Shown: piece after piece, positions 13,986 through 25,905 of the stretch | Position numbering within the stretch: position 1 is the first letter of the stretch | Layout: every line of letters starts with the position of its first letter | Translations under genes and position numbers: made by a program | Notes under the pieces: model-generated | What the model was told of the DNA's origin: nothing | Database searches by the model: none | The model's input: only the letters and a program-made list of their open reading frames with translations | Assembly: GCF_018350175.1 (NCBI RefSeq) | Contig: NC_058368.1 | Location: forward strand, 189,908,001-189,972,000 | Origin: Felis catus | Taxonomy: Eukaryota | Length of the DNA stretch: 64,000 bases | Direction of reading: 5' to 3'

Positions 13986-15078
13986 AAGAAAACAGCCGAA
14001 TATTAAAAAATGGACAAAAACACTTTAACAGACACTAGGCAATGAAGATGTATAGAATAGCAACTAAACACATGAAAAGATGTTCAGTGTCATTATTTAT
14101 TGTGAAAATGTAATTTTAAATCACAGTTATTTACTATAACATACCCACTAGAGTGGCTAAAATTTAAATGACTTATGATACCACATGTTGGAGAAGAGGC
14201 AGAGAAAGTGAGACCCTCATGTTGTGAGTGCAAATTTAAAGTGGTACATTCATTTTGCAAAGCAGTTTGGCAGTTTTGTAAAAGTTTATACTTACCGCAT
14301 AACCTAGCAAGTCTGTTCCTAGATGCCATAAATATTTGTATATGAATGGACATCATATTCACAGCATCAAAAACCTAGAAATAATCAAATACCAATCAGC
14401 TATTGAATGGATAAGCAAGATGAGTGACAGACATCTTACAACAAAATATCTAAAGACAATTTGGTATTTCCGTATAATAGAATACTACTCTGCAAAAACA
14501 AACAAAAAAAATGAACCACTAATACATTCAGCTTGGATGAACTTCAAAAACATTATGCTATGTTAAAGAAGACAAACAGATAAGCTTACATATGATATGA
14601 TTCTATTTATATGAAATTTCTAGGAAAGGGAAAATTACAGAGACAGAAAGCACCTGGGGTTGGAGGTGGGGCAGAGTTTTTACTACAACTGGCAACAAGA
14701 AGAGTTTTTTGGGTTTCATTTCAGAACTTTCTTGAGTTGATAGAAGTGTTCTCAAACTAGATTGTATTTATGCTTACACAACTTTATCAATTCATTGAAA
14801 CTGATCAAATTGTACACTTAATTGTAAGCTTATGATACAGAAATCAAACCTTAATAAAGCTATTTTTTGTTTAAAAAAATATTGCTTTCTGATTAAAATA
14901 CACTCCCCATATACGATTTGCATTGCTGTTACAGAAGATTGTCATATCACTTTTTAAATTTCTAATTCAGATTGGAAAATGAACTAGTCCTGAACAAAAT
15001 CAATTAACTTGATTTATTTCTATGCCTCTTTCAACATTCTTTGTACACATGTTTGGCTCTTATATTTAAACCCCAGTT

Positions 15079-15983
15079 CAGCGGTTCTCAAAATGCAGTT
15101 CAGGAACCAACTCTTTCTGAAAGTCTGCTAGGTTAATACTATTTTCATAATTCTTTAAAAAAAATTTTAATGTTTATTTTTGAGAGAGAGAGAGAGAGAG
15201 AGCGCGCCATAGAGAGAGGGAGACAGAGGATCCAAAGCAGGCTCTGTGCTGACAGCAGAGTCCGCTGCGGGGCTCAAACTCATGAACTGTGAGATTGTGA
15301 CCTGAGCTGAAGTTGGACGCTTAACTGACTGAGCCACCCAGGCATCCAATCATAATTATTCTAAGACAATATTTGCCTTTTTCACTTCATTCTCTCATGA
15401 ATGCAGAATGAAGCATTCTATATGACATGTGGATCATAACACATTGCCTGAAACACATGAGAATCCAACCTTTTTTTTTTTTTAAATTAAGCCAGACATT
15501 AGATTTACAGTGCCACTCTTTTAATTTTTGGGAAAACAGGGTTTTAGCATAAAAATGTGATGTGTTAACATGTAATCAGTTTATTATTGATATTTTGAAT
15601 GAATTGAGAATATTTTTTATTTTTTATTCATTTTTTTAATGTTTATTTTTGAGAGCGAGGGAGACAGAGCACGAGCAAGGGAGGGAGAGCAGAGAGAGAG
15701 ACACAGAGAATCAGAAAATTGTGTGCACTATCAGCACAGAGCCTGATGCAGGGCTCGAACTCACAAACCGTGAGATCATGACCCTAGCCAAAGTTGGACA
15801 CTTAACCGACTGAGCCACCCCCAGGTGCCCTGAGAACTAATTTTTTTAAATGTCCTTAGTTTTTATTTATAATATGGCAAATATTGATAGATAAAACCAC
15901 AAAATTGATAAATAAAAGCACTTTGGAATCTTCATTTTTGTGGGTGTAAAGTGTTCCAAGATAATAAAGTTTGAGAACCACTG
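15079..15983. mobile_element. hAT-Charlie DNA transposon remnant with two nested minus-strand Can-SINEs (~15155-15347, ~15620-15830)
   Basis: Terminal inverted repeats CAGCGGTTCTCAAA (15079-15092) and TTTGAGAACCACTG (15970-15983), 13/14 complementary. Confidence 0.75.
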
Positions 15984-16294
15984 CCCTTGTCTACCTTCCA
16001 GATAAGAACTCCTCTTTGCCACATTTGACAATAGGGGATTAGAGAATTGGGGCAGGTCTTCTTGTAGAGATAATTTGTTTTGGTTACAAAAATCATCTGC
16101 TTCAAGATAAATCTATAGATCTTAGGACATCATTTAGAAATGTAGCAATTTCCTTTTTCCTCCATGATGAAAATAAACACAGTCCTAATAAAAGGAGAGG
16201 CATAGTCATAGAAAGGACTTGGAGAGTGCCTGGCACAAGAGTAAACCCTAAATATAGATAGTAATTACTGTTATTATTAGACGATAGGCAGTCT

Positions 16295-16960
16295 TTATTT
16301 ATCTAACAAGAATTTCTTGAATGCCTACTATAAGCCAGGCTCTATGAACAGCATCGAAGATTCAATGATGAGCAAAACACTGTCCTCAAGGAGGTTGCAG
16401 TCAAGGAGTAGAGTCAGTAAATAATATAAAGAAATACATAATTACAAATTGTGGTAAGAGTTTTAAGTGATAGACATGAGTACATAAAGGAAATTTGCCC
16501 TGATTATCAGAATCTGGTAAGACTTCTCTGAGCAAGTGACAGTTGAGCTACAATTTGAAAAATGAGCAGGGAGGAGGTAAGGAGACATAAGAGAGAAACA
16601 GCTTTGGGGCATTTTCAAAGTCCCTTAAGATAAAATGATGAGAGGACAGTGTAGCTGGAACCCACAGAGCCCAAGGTATTTGGAGCTTTACATGCTTTGC
16701 AAGTACATTAGGCCTTTATCATGAGATCAATGGACAGCCATGGGAATATTTAGGAGCGTAGGGTGTGACAGGACTAGATTTGCACTTTTAAAAAGATCTC
16801 TGGCATCTGTAATATAGTGTAACAAGGATGCAAAATGGAGACTATTTACACAGCAGTATCCAGGTGGAAGATTATGGAAGCTTGGAATAGAGTAATGGTG
16901 GTGGAAGCCCAAAAAAGTGGGTAAATTTGGGATGTATTTTGCTAGTAGGGCCCAAAGAAC
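16295..16960 (-). mobile_element. L2 element 3' region
   Basis: ttgaatgcctactataagccaggc...; agatttgcacttttaaaaagatctctggc; both typical reverse-strand L2 motifs. It abuts the SOX30 promoter. Confidence 0.7.
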
Positions 16961-17029
16961 CTGGCGATCAACTGAAAGTTATTGTACAAAAAGGAGGGTT
17001 GCAAAATCCGCTCCCCCCCCTTTCCCCTT

Positions 17030-18330
17030 GGCAGTGATCGGAAGGGCCCGCCGTGACGCACGGGACTTACATGTATTCTGGCACGTCAGCCGGCAAGTAC
17101 AAGGCCCAGCTCCCCATCCCGCGTAAGAGACTCACTCGACTTTATCCCCTGGAGGTCAGTGGTGTAGAACCGCACCGTTCCCTGGGCAACACCATTGTCG
17201 GGCTCTCCAGGCGGGGGAGGGGTAACTAAGGACAACGGCCAGGAGAGAATTCCGGAAGAGAGGCGAAGTCAGAGGGGGAAAATGGGCAGCACGTGCCACA
17301 GCCCCTGCCATCGCGGGTGATTCGAGGGCTCAGCACGAGGAGGGAGCGGTGGACGGGAGGGGCCGGAGAATGCGCCTGTGATTGGAGGGCCGGGGGTACC
17401 GGGACGTTTGTGATTGGGCGAGGCCAAGACGGAGGGCCGCGTTTTGAACCGCGTAGGGTTCTGGGTAGTAAGTGCCTTGGAAGGGTCTTAACCGAAAGGG
17501 GAAAGGGGAAGGTCGCCAACAAACGGCTGAGCTCACAATCCGGGTTGAGACCAGGCCGGGGCGTCGTTCCCCCCCTCCCCCCATGGAGAGAGCCAGGCCA
17601 GAGCCGCCGCTTCAGTTGCGCCAACTGCCGCGGGCGACCCCGCCGCGCCCGCTCCGTCCTGCTCCGCCTCAGCTGCCGGTGGAGGGCACCTCTTTTAGGG
17701 CTGCAGGCGCGGATCTCCCTGCGTCGCCGCCCACCCCGTGCGCGGCCGCCATTACGACCGTGGCCTCGTCGTGTGGGGAAGCCCAGGCGTCGAGTGTACA
17801 GCCCGCGGCACGGCGACTGCTGCAGGTCAAGTCGGAACAGGTGTTGCTGCTGCCACCAGGGCCACCACTGCCTCAGGCCCTGGAAGAAGGCGTCGTTGCT
17901 TCACCCTCGCCAGCGAGGCTGCTGCAGCTGAGGCCCGAGCTGCTGCTGCTGCCACCGCCGCCGCCCCCGTCCGACGGCGCCCCCTGCAGACCCGAGCTGC
18001 ACCCGGTGCAGCCCCGGGCGCTGCACGTCAAGGCCGAGAAGCAGGAGCCAGGGCCGGGCTTGGATCCGTCAGCGGGGACTCGAAGGCCTGTGGAGGCCGG
18101 CCATAGGGCCTCCAGGGAGGCCAAGGTGGAAGGCCCCGGGCCAACCCTCGACTGCCGCCGCGGGGGCGAGAAGAAGGGCAGATTGGAAGCGGAGGAGGTC
18201 ATGAGGGATGCAGCGAAAGGCGGGGAAGGTAAAAACCTGGTGGCCATCAGAGAAGGCATCATCAAAACGGAGGAACCCGAGAGACTCCGCGAGGACTGCA
18301 GGCTGGGCACTGAGCCCGCATCCAATGGCC
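17030..18330. promoter_or_regulatory. CpG island spanning the SOX30 promoter and exon 1
   Basis: Abrupt shift from AT-rich, CpG-poor flanks to GC- and CpG-rich sequence. Boundaries approximate. Confidence 0.9.
17040..17582 (+). promoter_or_regulatory. SOX30 proximal promoter/5'UTR (TATA-less)
   Basis: TGACG 17054-17058; CACGTCA 17082-17088; X-box GTTCCCTGGGCAAC 17177-17190; CATTGT 17193-17198; CAACGG 17233-17238; CACGTG 17290-17295; ATTGG at 17381 and 17413; TTTGAA 17443-17448. The TSS cannot be determined from sequence. Confidence 0.7.
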
Positions 18331-18594
18331 TGATCCATGGCAGCAAGGAGGTCATCCTGGGCCAGCCATCCAGTGCCTTTGGGCCACACCAGCAAGACCT
18401 CAGGATCCCTTTGACTCTACACACAGTCCCCCCTGGGGCCCGGATCCAGTTTCAGGGACCTCCACCTTCAGAGTTGATACGGTTGACCAAGGTCCCCTTG
18501 ACACCAGTGCCTATTAAAATGCAATCTTTACTGGAGCCTTCTGTAAAAATTGAAACTAAAGATGTCCCGCTCACCGTGCTTCCCTCAGATGCAG
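17583..18594 (+). CDS. SOX30: SOX30 coding exon 1 (Pro-rich N-terminal region, 337 codons + 1 nt)
   Basis: ATG at 17583 (MERARPEPP...) in a CpG island. The frame is open to ...VKIETKDVPLTVLPSDA, then donor GCAG|GTATTA at 18594/18595. Phase 1 joins exon 2 as GGA. Confidence 0.95.
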
Positions 18595-20161
18595 GTATTA
18601 GACGACAGGGGAATCTGTTTTTCAAACTTCGTCTGTGTTGCCCCATAGCTGACATGTCAGCTTTCAGAAGCCTAAACTAGAAAAATAAAATCATGGAACT
18701 GATTCATTACAGGGCAAAGTCTGCACAGGTATCACTTCCGATTGACTTGTACATATACCAGTAAAATACACTAACATGTTCCAAGATTCCCAAACATTTT
18801 TTTTTTAAATCTATTTTAAGACCCAGTGAATGATGAGATTTAGAAGTGACTAGTGTTTATACACAAAATAGAAATATTCTCACTAGATATCACAGTTACC
18901 TCAGCCCTCAGTTATGCTGCACTTAAACTACCGTATTTAGTAGCTTAATATTTTTACGTGTATCAAGAAGAAAATTTTAAATGGTGTTTAATGAAAAAAT
19001 GGTTATAATCCAGCAGGAAAGTTTATTCTGGATTTGGGGGTGATTTGTCTTCTTTAAAAATGAATAGTAAACATTTTTCTAAGAGAAAAGTAGTATATGA
19101 TTAAATGTAACAGTTTAGTATTCTAAATGCTAAGGATTTATAGACATACAAAATGAAAATACAGTAGAATAAGCTAGAAATTGTTTTCAAAGAAATGACT
19201 ATAGTTAACAGCAGTAACAACTACGAACATATTTCTATCCATTACTTACAAACATATAGTTAGAAAATTCTTATTTTAAAATTTAATTCAGACAGTATTA
19301 TGCCAATCAGTATCATGGGAAATCATATCAATCATCAGTTCATATTTTCATTAACTTTCATATTTATTGTTTTCTTATTTTTCTTAATGATCCTTTCTCT
19401 ATCTCACCCTCTTGCTTTTATAAACTTCATTTTCTAAAGGAGAGAAAGGGAGACCTTTCTTTATAATACTTATCTGTGTGTTTTAAACCATTTTATGTAT
19501 CAAGTAACTAAAGAGAAACAATATAGGAAGTTTGTAGAAAGCTGTTTTTGATGACTTAGGTAAGAGATGTGAATTTAGCCACCTTCTTTTATTGTAATTT
19601 CATTTGGTCACTTTTGTTATTTTTCTTTCATTTTTCTCCCAGGACATAGGATCAGTGTCGATTACCCGCCTTGGCAAGAGCTTCTCCTTCATAATGAAAT
19701 ATAGTATTATATTATATTTTTGCTTGAATGGACACTACAGGGCCATGTAAAGGAATTCCTTTAAACATTTAGGGAACACTTAGCTAATGCTAGGATTATA
19801 GTCATGAATAAGTCATAGTTCTCATCCCCCAGTAATAGAATATTTTTAATGGGAAAGAAACTATATGATAATTATTGGTAGAGGTATTACTAAAGCTCAA
19901 AGAGGTAATGAGCCAGGAGTTTACTATATTTTCAACATTATTACTCTTACAATAACTTCAACAATATTATCCTTTTTGAAGAAAAGAAGAGTCATTCTAA
20001 GCTATAGTTTAGAATGCTGAGTTCAGGCGTTATGAGGCATTCTGGAATACTGGCAGTTCTTTGACTATATTGAAGTGTATATTTTCTCCAGATATTTAAA
20101 AGTAAATATAGATGAATGTGCACTTCACTTTAACATTGTGTGTATGTATGTGTGTATGTAG

Positions 20162-20449
<288 letters not shown>

Positions 20450-21625
20450 TGAACAAAACCTCTTTTTAGTTTCTTTTAAATTTATTTAGGTAAAGATTAG
20501 GTTAGGTTGAGATGAAAAGACAAAAATGCATATTTTTCTAATCTAATATGTACAATTAAGAGAATAATGGCTAATACTGTAGTAATGATTGAATCGATAC
20601 TGGGCATAAGTTTTCTTAAATAGAACCAAATAGAGCGTCTGGTCTCATACTTGCCAACTAATAACAAACCTGGCGATGTAACAATTTTAGTGTGGTTTTG
20701 ATTAAATATATAGAAATGGACTTAATGAAGGTAAAACTCCAGAGTTCTAGACTATAACTTTGCAAATAGAAAATGAAGAGTTAAAATCACAGCAACAGAA
20801 ACAAATATGCATCATACACTTAATGAGAATGCAGGAATTGACACCATGCTCCATTTTAATGTTACATAGTTATCAGAACATAGTTGTGCCTTCTGACTGA
20901 TAAATTTATCCTCATCATGATGTAGTTTTAAAGGAATTCTGATTTATCCTCCAGCTGTAGGACATTTAGATTAAGCTTGGGTAAAGGCAAAGTGTATGGC
21001 CAACATGATCATGCATGATGGGAAAGGAGTTATTTTTTTCTAAAATATTAGCAGAAAGGTTCTGGATGTGGGGGTAGGTGGTCGGAGTGATACCCCTGGT
21101 TATTCAGTGGCTGCAAACTGTTATAACTCCACTTTTCTGACTTTGGAAGGAAATTGGGTTGTCTGTGGACTTAAGACTGCCAAGTTTAGGAGAGTGACTC
21201 TTCCAACTAGGCATAAAAATGACTGGTCGTTAGTGACCGTTTCATTGTAAGCTACAGACAATTAGATCTCACAGAAAGGAAACAGGAGATGAATAATATC
21301 TTACCTTACAGGTAAAGGAAAAGCCTTGAGATTCAAACCCAATGTCTTTAATGTTGATTTTACTATGGAATCAATATGTGTCTTTGGATATAAGACATTT
21401 GACCTCACTCTGAATTGTGGGTTATAACACCGACCACTAGTTAAGAGCTATCTGGATATTAAAATGCACAGAAATAGCCTAATAAAGCTGGAAAAGACAC
21501 TTTAGACAATAACTTATTTTTTTTTAATTTAGAAGTATTTTGGATATTTTATTGTGAAAAAAACTATCTAAAGGCTAAATAGGGCCTATATGTTCAAATT
21601 AAAAATTGCTTATCTTCTTCTATAG

Positions 21626-21805
21626 GTTGGGTTTATCAACCTCGTCCAGGGAAGCGAAAACGCTTCCCTTTAAGTGTTTCCAATGTATTTTCTGGTACCA
21701 CACAGAATATCGTGTCTACAAATCCTACAACAATATATCCTTATCGCTCATCTACCTACTCTGTGGTAATTCCCAGCCTACAGAATACCATCACTCAACC
21801 AGTTG
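21626..21805 (+). CDS. SOX30: SOX30 exon 3 (180 nt; HMG C-terminal tail, basic NLS-like PGKRKR)
   Basis: Acceptor ...cttcttctatag|GT. Encodes GWVYQPRPGKRKRFPLSVSNVFSGTTQN...TITQPV. Donor TTG|GTGAGT. Confidence 0.96.
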
Positions 21806-24326
21806 GTGAGTTGGCTTTATTGTAGATTATGAATTTTTGTAATAACTGTGTGAAAATTTTACCTTAAGGTGAAATTTTGTTTCTGTTAGCTTAAGAATTT
21901 TTAGAACAACAATATTAAGGGAAAAAATCAAGAAGAAATGTTTAATGTTTAAAAACATTAAATTGGAGAAGGAAAAATTTCAGTAGACCTCAAAGCGCTT
22001 GGTTTCCCAGAGTAGCAAATGTTCCATGTGTAAAACTTCAGACCTTTTAACCAAATCAGCATTAGCACATAGATTAGGCAGATAATGCAGGAAATGACTG
22101 ACATAATTCAATAGGAAATAGGAGTGTCTTTGTACTATCACCAAAAAAGAATGCCTTGCTAATGGGATATAGAGCATCCTGTTTTGGAATTTAGCAATGA
22201 TGACTGATCTGTTAAGACTGTTCTCTTGCTGCTCTAGAAAAGTAGTGAAAGTAATCTATTTTCTACCAAATACCTGGTTTTTTATATTGTCTTTCCCTAA
22301 ATTTCTCCTCTATTATCAATTCTTTATAACATTCCTGTCTGTTGCTTTTAAGAACCCAAAGTTGAGAATCTATTATCTTGATAACTTGTTATTGGGCTGT
22401 CCATCATGGGTTTGTTCTTCTAGCACCTATTTTACAATCTCTTAGGCAGAGCTTTGTACATTCACTACTTACTGTTACTTGTCCTAAAACCACTGCTTTT
22501 TCTAGTTGCCACCTGTTCAGCTCCTTCTGGTAATACAGCCACCCCTTAGCACTAAGGGGTTTAGATATGTTAAAAATTGACTTTTTAGAATCTTACACAT
22601 TTTCAATGTTTTTTTTTTCCCCTATGTATCATTATAGCATTGATAGCAACAAAGCCACATTTAAGATGTCTAGGCTCAAGAGAAAGATGCAGAAAGCTGA
22701 TTATGTTGCCTTATTCTCTTCCAGCAGAGTCAGGCACTTTCACACGTCATTATTTGGTAGTATCTCCTTTAATCCTGTATTTCAACCTAGGCTTAATTAA
22801 GCCTTTGTTGATTTATTTTGTTTTGTCTGCTATGTTATTTATGATTTATGCTTTCACAATCCATATTTCTTCTCTTTATTCTTCCTTTCAAGACCTCTCT
22901 TCTATCTGCCTCTATCCACAGTTAAATACTGCATGAGACCATTTGTATCTACTTCATCTAATATTTTCTCAGTTATGACTTTGAGCTTCTATATAATTAT
23001 TAGGTGAATGCTGCCTAAGATCTAGTTATATTAATTTTATCAACTTAGATTAGAACATTCTGTGAACTTGACATTATAATACTGTAATCTATATAATCTA
23101 AACCTATCTGCTATGAAAATGAATTAGGGTTCAGAAATCTTACAGTCTTCTTCTGTAGGTGAAGGGGTTTATTGAGTCTCTCTGGTCTTCTTTCAGTTGC
23201 CTTTTATACTATAATGACTATTCCACTGATTCCACTGCGTTCCTTCTATAAAAGTGAAGTCACTTAGTATTGACTTTGAGGTCCCTCAGATGTGACTCCT
23301 TCAATTTTCCTTTGGATTGCTTAATTTTTATTTATACTTACATACTTGGGCAGCCCTATTTAATACATTTGGACAAACTTTCCATTTTTAAAAGATTTCT
23401 TTCCTTTTTGATGGGTTCTCTGTTCTCTTTAATTTGGTCAGTTAACCAATAACTCTGATTTTTGAGGCACATTTTTTACTTCTAGGTTTTTAGCATTATC
23501 ATATAAAATAACCTTCATTTTTAAATGAACTCTTCATTTTAGTTACCCCTATTAGCTTTTTTTTTTCCCCTAGGCAACATCTGTATTTCCAAAAATCAAC
23601 CCAAGAATGGACTTTTTTTGGTCTTTTTTTGTTGTTAGGATCTTAAATTTAAGTATGTTGTGATCACTAGGCAATATTTCATATACAGAATTCATACACC
23701 TCCTAGTAGTCTTTATCCATTATTTGGTTCTTAGTCAAGCTTATTTCATTTTACTGTGTAGAAGCAATTATCTGTTGTATGTACTGGATAATCCTAGCAC
23801 ATTTTTATCTCATTCTGTCTATTTGAAATCTAGCAATGTAATTTGGTATCCTACCTTGTTTTGATGAACTTTTCCATCTCAATCTATAGTGTATTCCACT
23901 GCCATATTTGCATGCCTGCCTACCTGTCCCCCACTGCCTAATGTTTATTAAGCACCAGTTATAGATAAAACTCTGTGCTTGAGGCAGAATATAAAAGTAT
24001 CTTTACAGTCTCTTATATAAGAGCTTATAAGGTAGTTCTAGAAAGGATAGATAAAAATACAACCAATTTTACTACTTCTTTGATGGAATCTGTAGTACCT
24101 TGTCTGATATCATTTCTGTGACCAGTGCATTATGTTCACTCCACCTTTCACATTTAATGCCACATCCCGAGCTCTTCTCCTATTTCTCATTTCCAAAAAT
24201 GATTACAGCATGATAGTCCAGAATTCTTTTTAAACATCTTTTATCAAATACCTTTGATGCCAGTTATGCCAGTACTATTATTTTATATTGTCAAGTTTGT
24301 TACTTTAACGTCTTACAGAATTCTAG

Positions 24327-24333
<7 letters not shown>

Positions 24334-24401
<68 letters not shown>

Positions 24402-24586
24402 AGTGTTTATTTTTGAGAGAGTGTGAGCAGGGGAAGGGCAGAGAGAGCGAGAGAGAGAATTCCAAGCAGGCTCTGAGCTGTTAGCACAGAGCCTGACATG
24501 GGGCTCAATTCCATGAACCATGAAATCATTACCTAAGCTGAAATTAAGAGTTGGATACTTAACCAACTTAGCCACCCAGGCACCCT
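24334..24586 (-). mobile_element. Can-SINE in intron 3 with a (TA)n/(T)n tail
   Basis: Reverse SINE ending gccacccaggcaccc. Tail expanded to (TA)n then poly-T. Confidence 0.9.
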
Positions 24587-25479
24587 AGAAATTATTTTGG
24601 CTTGGGTTTTGAATGTCACTTTATACATATATGAATTTTCTGGTTAATTATTTTGTTCTCTACATTTTATTTCTCAGGCCTGAAATTGGTTTGCCTTATT
24701 TTATCTTCACTCATTTGACATCTTTCACTTTTCTGAATTCATACCTTTCTCTAAATTTTTAGTTAAAAAAGTTTACTACTATTTCAGTTGTTTGATGCCT
24801 TTTTGGTTTACCCACCTCTTCTTGTTTGACTGAAACAAGCCAAAAAAACCCTCCACTGTTCCGATCCTATTATAATCCCAAAAAAGCTAGTTGTCTCTCT
24901 ACCTTAAGATCCATTCCAGCAAAGTATTATGTCCATGAAAGACACAACTCTGGCTCAGAAATTACTTGAAAAGTGATATAGCTCTATATTGTAGGTTTTC
25001 TTGAGAGGGTAGGGAAGGAGGAATCACATGGTTCAACATATAGTAAGTCTTGGGACTCCTCATTACCATTGTCTCTCTCCGAAGTCCCACTTTTTTTTTA
25101 ATCAGTTGCCTAACTGTCCCAATTCTTTTTTCCCCAACTCTGTCTCTGCATCTCTGCCTATTACTTTATTTCTCTCTCCTCTCTTTCTTTCTCTGCCTCT
25201 TTTTCTCTTTACTCAGCCATATGCTGGTTCTTCTCTCCTTACTATCTCCATATAGCTTTTTCTTGTAGAGAAATATGGGCTGTCCTCATTTTCTGCCATT
25301 CCTTACTCCTTCACTGTTTATCCCAATCACACAACAAAATCCTAGTTGCACTCTTTGTCCAGTCAGCACAGGCAGTGGATTCTTCCTTTTTTGTAGAGAT
25401 GGTGAGAGATTATTTGTAGAGATCGTGAGAGAGAGAACTTTTTTTTTGTTCCTGTCATACTATACTATAGGACTAGAAT

Positions 25480-25905
25480 TCTGCTCTTTATCTCATGTAA
25501 TGATTAGATAATGCAAGCTGCTTTAACAAGCACCTAAACATAATGGTTTAAACAGGATTATGGTTTATTTTTATACATTTCAAGTTTAAAATAGGTATTT
25601 CTAATCAGTGTATAGCCGTCTTTGAAAGAGTGCCTCATAGACACAGACTTCTACCCTGTGGCACTGCCATCTTTAATATGTGGCATCCAAGGCCACCAGA
25701 CCTCGTGTGCATGAACCTGCAGAAAGGGAAAGAGCATGGAAGATAATGCATGAAAGTTTTTCATGGACCAGTCTTAGAACTGGTGCAAATTTCTCCTACC
25801 TTCTACTGGGTAGCCCTTAGCCAAATGGCAGTTCCTAACTCAAAGGAGGCTGGGAAAGATAATCTAGCTATATGCTAGAGAAGAAAACAAGAGACTGGCT
25901 AGTCT
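25480..25905. mobile_element. Old MLT1-like LTR
   Basis: atgcaagctgctttaaca...gccatctttaatatgtggc...ggaggctgggaaa. Confidence 0.5.

Larger units (their letters stand above)
10480..14870 (+). mobile_element. Ancient L1M (ORF2 endonuclease through 3'UTR), degraded; hosts SINEs at 10601-10803, 13187-13392, 13522-13730, 13760-13985 and a MER58 element
   Basis: EN remnants (HNGIKLEANNRR...LNNMLLNNSWIKEEI), RT remnants (MIISIDIENAFDKIQ), and 3'UTR ending in aataaagc. Confidence 0.85.

Noticed and set aside
1..17000. Exons of a neighbouring gene or an alternative upstream SOX30 exon
   Set aside because: The region is dominated by repeats, and I could not identify a supportable exon without alignment.
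17472..17582. 37-codon in-frame GTG-initiated extension of SOX30
   Set aside because: Non-AUG start in a GC-rich leader; the recognisable protein begins at MERARP. No support from sequence alone.
17226..18424. Overlapping long ORFs (212, 132, 122, 183, 108 aa) on both strands of exon 1
   Set aside because: Expected from stop-codon scarcity in a CpG island; no recognisable domains.
18595..18680. Exon 1 ORF tail IRRQGNLFF...
   Set aside because: Intronic read-through past a valid GT donor.
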